Positions 60,101 to 64,000 of a DNA stretch of 64,000 bases are shown piece by piece (the stretch's first letter is position 1; each line of letters opens with the position of its first letter). The stretch comes from Actinomycetales bacterium (lineage in GTDB: Bacteria > Actinomycetota > Actinomycetes > Mycobacteriales > SCTD01). The stretch covers positions 3,887-67,886 of the forward strand of contig JAKFFB010000191.1 of the NCBI GenBank assembly GCA_036675425.1, written 5' to 3'. Under the pieces are notes generated by a model. That model saw nothing but the letters and a program-made list of their open reading frames with translations. It was not told the DNA's origin and did not search any database. The position numbers and the translations under genes were made by a program.

Positions 60101-60902
60101 CCCACATCACCAGGTAGGTGCTGTTCCACCAGTCGGCCGACTCGGGCACGTCGGTCTGGTCGCCCCACACCTGCGGGCTCGCGATCGGCAGGTCGGCGTA
60201 CCAGTCGTAGAACGACAGCAGCGTGCCGCCGATGAGCGAGTGGTAGCGGGTGCCGGCCGCGAAGGACGCCATCGACATCGCGGGGATCGGGGAGAAGCCG
60301 ACGACGCGGTCCGGGCCGTAGGTCTTGGTCGTCCAGACGTGCCCGGCCGCGACCATCTCGACCGCCTCGTCCTGCGTCGCGCGGACGAAGCCGCCCTTGC
60401 CGCGGGCCGACTTGTACGCCTTCGCCTTGAGGTCGTTCTCGACGATGTCGGCCCAGGCGAGGACCGGGTCGCCGAGGCGGTCCAGCGAGTCGCGCCACAT
60501 GGCCATGAGGACGCCCCGGACGTACGGGTGCTTCACGCGGCTGGGCGAGTAGGTGTACCAGCTGAACGACGCGCCACGGGGGCAGCCGCGGGGCTCGTAG
60601 TCGGGGCTGTCCGGACCGGTCGTCGGGTAGTCCGTGGCCTGGTGCTCCCAGGTGATGAGGCCGTCCTTGACGAAGACGTTCCAGCTGCAGGAGCCGGTGC
60701 AGTTGACGCCGTGGGTTGACCGGACGACCTTGTCGGCGCTGTAGCGGTCCCGGTAGAAGCTGTCCCAGCTGCTGTCGCTGACCTGGTGCAGGGTGCGGCC
60801 GTCGGTCGACACCGTCTCCTTGGTGAGGAAGCGGCGGGCCGCGAGCAGCGGTCCGGTGCCGGGGACGGTCGTGCTGCGCGGGGGCGTGGTGGTGCGGTCC
60901 AC
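57198..60902 (-). CDS. narG: Respiratory nitrate reductase alpha subunit
   Basis: RSTHGVNCTGSCSW, YEPRGCPRGASFSWY, SFYDWYADLP, GGWAHYVGQEK, TPHAKWSIHS. Confidence 0.97.
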   Translation of the reverse strand: MDRTTTPPRSTTVPGTGPLLAARRFLTKETVSTDGRTLHQVSDSSWDSFYRDRYSADKVVRSTHGVNCTGSCSWNVFVKDGLITWEHQATDYPTTGPDSPDYEPRGCPRGASFSWYTYSPSRVKHPYVRGVLMAMWRDSLDRLGDPVLAWADIVENDLKAKAYKSARGKGGFVRATQDEAVEMVAAGHVWTTKTYGPDRVVGFSPIPAMSMASFAAGTRYHSLIGGTLLSFYDWYADLPIASPQVWGDQTDVPESADWWNSTYLVMWGSNIPITRTPDAHFLAEARYRGTKVVAVSPDYAENVKFADDWLAPHPGTDGALAMAMGHVVLTEFFRDRQVPYFLDYTRKYTDLPFLVTLRRTADGNLTADRFLTAADLGDTSENADHKTVLVDEVTGELVVPNGSLGFRWGAEGMGSWNLDLGDVVPALGLLDRTPETAEVLMPRFDVGATEGGGIMRRGVPVKQVGEHLVTSVFDLLLAQYGVQRDGLPGEWPTSYDDASQPYTPAWQEAITSVPAELAARIGREFARNAERSRGRSLIALGAGTNQWFNSDMTYRAFIALVTLTGCQGVNGGGWAHYVGQEKARPVTGQQHMSFAFDWQRPTRHMASTPFWYLHTDQWRYERVSADELSSPLGEGRFTGMAFADAVAYAQRLGWTPGHPAFTRNPLDLTDEAKAAGVPVQQYVVDELRAGRLKGVAEDPDDPRSFPRALTLWRANLLGSSSKGNEYFMRHLLGATSLAQLDECPEDGRPRDVEWRSEAPIGKLDLLTVLDFRMTNSGLHADVVLPAATWYEKHDISTTDMHPFVHAFSPAIDPPFESRTDYDTFLALADGFSKLAVDHLGVRTDVLAAPLQHDTPDELATPHGRARDYKRGECEPVPGKTMPKLVAIERDYTAIGAKMRAVGPLLDTLGTTTKGITVDVNAEIAYLKHQNGVIEDGPCAGRPSIATADRMCDAILALSGVSNGRVAVEGFTRLEERTGQPFTDLVEGHETDVIAYSQTQEGPQPVFTSPEWSGSEKGGRRYSPFTLNVERDKPWHTLTGRQHFFVAHDWIAELGEQLPGFRPPLDMVRHFGSPGEMVDDGVVVRFLTPHAKWSIHSMYHDNELMLALSRGGPAIWMSVQDAERIGVKDNEWIEAVNQNGTIVARAIVSHRMPEGTVFQYHSPERTVNVPKSEKKGTGKGKRGGYHNSLTRLMVKPTHLAGGHAQLTYAFNYYGPIGSQRDQITVIRRRSQNLEY

Positions 60903-60968
60903 GGGTCTGCTCCAGGCGTCGGTGCGGGGTGTCTGTCCAGCCTCGGGCGGGAGGGGCCTGCCTGACCC

Positions 60969-61004
60969 GGGACCAAGGTCCCGCCGGGTCCGGCCGACAG
61001 TCCC
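60969..61004 (-). promoter_or_regulatory. Tandem DosR/DevR-like boxes upstream of narG
   Basis: GGGACCAAGGTCCC (60969-60982, near-perfect palindrome) and GGGACTGTCGGCCG on the minus strand (60991-61004). Confidence 0.72.
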
Positions 61005-61925
61005 TCAGTCGGGGACCAGGACCTGCTCGACGGGGCGTCGCCCGGTGCGGGCGGTGCCGAGGCCGGAGGGGTAGCCGGTGCGCAGCACCATCTGCGGTGC
61101 CCCCTGCAGGGCGAGCACGCCGCGCAGCGCGTCCCGCACGGTCGGCAGCTCGAGGGTCAGCGTGGCCGGTGCTGCGACCAGCCCGGCATCGGTCGCCTCG
61201 AGCAGCACGCGCGCGAGCGCGCGGCCGGAGCGCACCCAGTCGACCGGCTCGTCGCCGGCGGTGCCGAGGACGAGGACGACATCGCGCAGGCTGGTCTCGC
61301 GGGCTACCGGTGAGGCGCTGTTGCGCGGCGCCCAGCCGGGAACGAGGTCGGCGGGCAGGCCGTCGGCCGGGGTGGGCTCGTCGCGGGCCCACGCGGCGCG
61401 CTCCTGCCGGGCCTCGACGTCGGCGCGCAGGCTCGCCTGGGCGTGCGCCTGCAGGACGGCGAGCTCGAGCATGTCGCCGGTCGAGAGAACTTGCAGCCAG
61501 GCGCCTTCCGTCTCCGCTGCCTGCTCGAGGCGGGCGAGCACGTGGCTCGAGACCGGCTCGTCGGAGAACGCGCTCCGGTCGGTGTGTCGCCGGGGGACGG
61601 CCGCGAGCAGCCGCAGCTCGTGGGCGGTCGCCGGGACGGCGTGCACGAGAGCGAGCTCGGCGACGACGTCCGGCTCGGGAAGCAGCGTGGGGGTTCCCGT
61701 CATGCCGAGAGCGCGCAGGGCGAGCTGGGCGTTGAGCGAGGCGGCGCCGCAGCTGATGTGCATCTCGCGGCCGGCCGGGTCCTGCCGGGGGAGCAACCGG
61801 CTGCGGTCCGCGCGCACCTGCACGCGATCGGGCAGGACCGCGAACAGCCAGGGCTGGCTGTTGTGCACGGACGGTGCGGCGGTGGCGGCCTCCACGACGG
61901 AGTGCGCCTGGGAGGGGGAGAGCAT
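61005..61925 (-). CDS. Acg-family FMN-binding nitroreductase-like protein
   Basis: APSVHNSQPW, DPAGREMHISCGA, RRHTDR, GRALARVLL, PQMVLRTGY. Confidence 0.88.
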   Translation of the reverse strand: MLSPSQAHSVVEAATAAPSVHNSQPWLFAVLPDRVQVRADRSRLLPRQDPAGREMHISCGAASLNAQLALRALGMTGTPTLLPEPDVVAELALVHAVPATAHELRLLAAVPRRHTDRSAFSDEPVSSHVLARLEQAAETEGAWLQVLSTGDMLELAVLQAHAQASLRADVEARQERAAWARDEPTPADGLPADLVPGWAPRNSASPVARETSLRDVVLVLGTAGDEPVDWVRSGRALARVLLEATDAGLVAAPATLTLELPTVRDALRGVLALQGAPQMVLRTGYPSGLGTARTGRRPVEQVLVPD

Positions 61926-61961
61926 GGGGTCAGGGTGCGGTCGCTCCGCCGGGTCGTGCCT

Positions 61962-61975
61962 GAGGCGAAGGTCCC
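61962..61975 (-). promoter_or_regulatory. DosR-like box upstream of the acg-like gene
   Basis: Minus strand reads GGGACCTTCGCCTC, 36 bp before the ATG. Confidence 0.55.
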
Positions 61976-62032
61976 GGGTGGTGAGTGCTTCCGCCTCCTG
62001 CACGCCCGTCGTACCCGGGGCAGACTCGGACC

Positions 62033-62695
62033 ATGACCACGACTGCTGAGCGCTCGTCGTCCGTGGAGGTGCCGGCCCGCCGGCCGATCGCGTGGTGGCC
62101 GCTGCTCGCCGGGCTCCTCGTGGTGCTCGCCCTCGGTGGCGGGCTGCTGCTCGGCCGCGGGATGACCTCCGGCGTCGAGCGGATCGACAACCCGGTCGAC
62201 GTCGGCTTCGCGCAGGACATGAAGATCCACCACGCGCAGGCGGCCGAGATGAGCGCGATCGTCCACGCGCGCTCGTCGGATCCGGACGTGAGCTACCTCG
62301 CCCTCGACATCCTGACCACCCAGCAGGCGCAGATCGGCATGATGAGCGGCTGGCTCGACCTGTGGCGGCAGACCCAGACCTCCACCCGGCCGGTGATGTC
62401 GTGGATGGGGCACGCGGGCCCGATGGAGGGGATGGCGACCGACGAGGAGATCGCGGCGCTGAAGACGCTGCCGGTGAAGCAGATGGAGGAGCAGTTCCTC
62501 CGGCTGATGATCCGCCACCACGCCGGCGCGCTGCCGATGGCGGCCTACGAGGTGGAGCGCGGTGAGAGCCCGGAGCTGGTCGGGCTGGCCCGCGGGATGG
62601 AGCAGGGGCAGACGGCTGAGATCGACCAGATGCAGACGATGCTCATGGAGCGCGGCTGGAAGATGGAGCCAGGCTTCGGGCACAGCAGCCACTGA
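62033..62695 (+). CDS. DUF305 family membrane-anchored protein
   Basis: N-terminal TM; DVGFAQDMKIHHAQA and FLRLMIRHHAGA double-His repeats. Confidence 0.88.
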   Translation: MTTTAERSSSVEVPARRPIAWWPLLAGLLVVLALGGGLLLGRGMTSGVERIDNPVDVGFAQDMKIHHAQAAEMSAIVHARSSDPDVSYLALDILTTQQAQIGMMSGWLDLWRQTQTSTRPVMSWMGHAGPMEGMATDEEIAALKTLPVKQMEEQFLRLMIRHHAGALPMAAYEVERGESPELVGLARGMEQGQTAEIDQMQTMLMERGWKMEPGFGHSSH

Positions 62696-62825
62696 GGCAT
62701 GGCGGTCGCGCTCGCGGGAGGAAGCACGTGCACCTCGGGGTGCGCCGGGGTGGATCGTGCACCTGGAGCCTCGATGGGGGCGAGCGGCGCGTCCTTCCTC
62801 CCAGCGGTGGGCCATCCTGTGGGGC

Positions 62826-62993
62826 ATGCGGTTCTACGCCGAGGTGCTCCTCGCCCTGGTCGTCTCGGGGATCGGCGTCATCGCCGCGCTGCTCGGCGAG
62901 ACCGACGACGCCCCGGGGCTGGTGGGCATCGGCTGCCTGCTGGTGGCCGGGGCCGTGCTGCTCGGCGTGCGAGCCGGACGCCGCAGCCGGTAG
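62826..62993 (+). CDS. Small two-TM hypothetical protein
   Basis: Two hydrophobic helices linked by GETDDAPG. Confidence 0.6.
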   Translation: MRFYAEVLLALVVSGIGVIAALLGETDDAPGLVGIGCLLVAGAVLLGVRAGRRSR

Positions 62994-63044
62994 TGCCCGC
63001 CGAGGCACCCGGTATGCTGCCCTCTCGTGCCGCTCGCGGCACAC

Positions 63045-63117
63045 GCGCCCGTAGCTCAACGGATAGAGCACTTGACTACGGATCAAGAGGTTAGGGGTTC
63101 GAATCCCTTCGGGCGCA
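63045..63117 (+). tRNA. tRNA-Arg(ACG)
   Basis: Acceptor GCGCCCG/CGGGCGC; TAGCTCAACGGATAGAGC; CTTGA-CT-ACG-GA-TCAAG; GGTTCGAATCC. Confidence 0.97.
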
Positions 63118-63323
63118 CACGGTAACGCCGCTGGTCAGGCGGCTGTTGGCAGGGCGCTCACACCGGGACAGTCCGCCGGCCTGTAGCCGACGATGTAGCC
63201 ACAGCGGCATTCTCGTGTTGGGGACTGCGCGAGCAGGTGCCGCGCGGCTCGCCACACTGGTGTCCCTTGCGGAGTCGCTTTCGTAGCGGGGCAGGGTGAC
63301 GCTTCGAAACCGACGAAAGGTGC

Positions 63324-63554
63324 GTGTCCGCGTTGGGGCTCTTCGGAGGCAAGAAGTTCAAGGTTGGCGATCGCGTCGAGTACCGGAACCCGGACCGTGA
63401 AGGGGCCGTCATCACCGGCGTGGTTGAGGACGTTCAAGAAGACATGGGCACGCAGCCACTCGTCTTCTTCGACTGGGAAGACACGCCGGAGGGAGGCTAC
63501 GGACCACCCTTCATGTACCTAGACGAGTGCAAGCGAACAGTCCGGCGCGCCTGA
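63324..63554 (+). CDS. Small hypothetical protein (SH3/KOW-like start)
   Basis: GAAAGG RBS; FKVGDRVEY; acidic, natural-looking composition. Confidence 0.5.
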   Translation: MSALGLFGGKKFKVGDRVEYRNPDREGAVITGVVEDVQEDMGTQPLVFFDWEDTPEGGYGPPFMYLDECKRTVRRA

Positions 63555-63593
63555 GACGACGTGGAGGTAGTGCCCGGCGCCGCCCTAACCGGC

Positions 63594-63998
63594 TCATTGG
63601 GGGCGGTTGACCAAATCACTTACGCGGCTCACGAGCCGGGCTTTCAGGTCTTCGAGACCCTCCCGGTTGGGCAGGTAAGACAGGTAGCGGATGTGCTGCA
63701 CGTCGAACGGGACATCGCTGGCTGACTGCGTGATGTGGATGACGTCTCGGCCGAGGGTGTGGGCGATCCCCGTCTCGTACATGACGTTCGCGTTCCTGCC
63801 CGACAGGTCCGAGATGACGACTCGCGCCCGCCAGAGCAGCGAAACGACATCATCGATGACGGTGTCGTTCTCCCAGATGTCGTCCGCGCGCAGGCAGCGA
63901 AGGTCGAGGGATGTCACCGCGTCCTTCAAGGCGTTGTAGACGGGAGTGAACCCGGCGCCGAACGGCATCATCACCGCCACAAGGTCTTGCTCTCGCGG
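63594..63998 (-). CDS. C-terminal nucleoside 2-deoxyribosyltransferase/TIR-like domain; 5' end beyond the window
   Basis: VMMPF, RADD, VISDLSGRNANVMYETGIAH, VPFDV; frame open to the window end. Confidence 0.8.
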   Translation of the reverse strand, partial: PREQDLVAVMMPFGAGFTPVYNALKDAVTSLDLRCLRADDIWENDTVIDDVVSLLWRARVVISDLSGRNANVMYETGIAHTLGRDVIHITQSASDVPFDVQHIRYLSYLPNREGLEDLKARLVSRVSDLVNRPQ

Positions 63999-64000
63999 GG

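Noticed and set aside
57045-60719. 1224-aa plus-strand ORF
   Set aside because: Antisense mirror of narG caused by codon bias; no motifs.
63135-63437. Two short minus-strand ORFs after tRNA-Arg
   Set aside because: No motifs, and they overlap a more plausible plus-strand ORF that has an RBS.

Overview
High-GC actinobacterial chromosome window with five parts. (1) 1-2960: the 3' part of a translationally coupled mau-like operon: CxxC thioredoxin (MauD-like), a MauF-like membrane protein, a hypothetical protein, and a Tat-exported 18-Cys protein resembling amine dehydrogenase light chains fused to LGFP repeats. The MauF-like gene has an in-frame TGA at the Cys position of the family WSPCG motif, followed by a hairpin, so it is a selenoprotein candidate. 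(2) 3.0-8.7 kb: S8 protease, GAF-GGDEF protein, serA plus an FAD D-2-hydroxyacid dehydrogenase. (3) 8.7-41.5 kb: a large CoA-dependent catabolic cluster with a Liv-type ABC importer and XRE-TetR and FadR regulators. (4) Between tRNA-Ser(GCT) at 43.7 kb and tRNA-Arg(ACG) at 63.0 kb: a signalling block (CarH-type B12-binding/LuxR fusion, two paralogous unknown helical proteins, an ethylene-receptor-like sensor, a hybrid kinase) and a DosR-box-associated nitrate respiration locus (two narK, narGHJI, acg-like); narH carries an in-frame internal deletion. (5) After tRNA-Arg: compositionally different DNA with an NDT/TIR-like domain. All calls come from motif recognition by eye; no searches were run.
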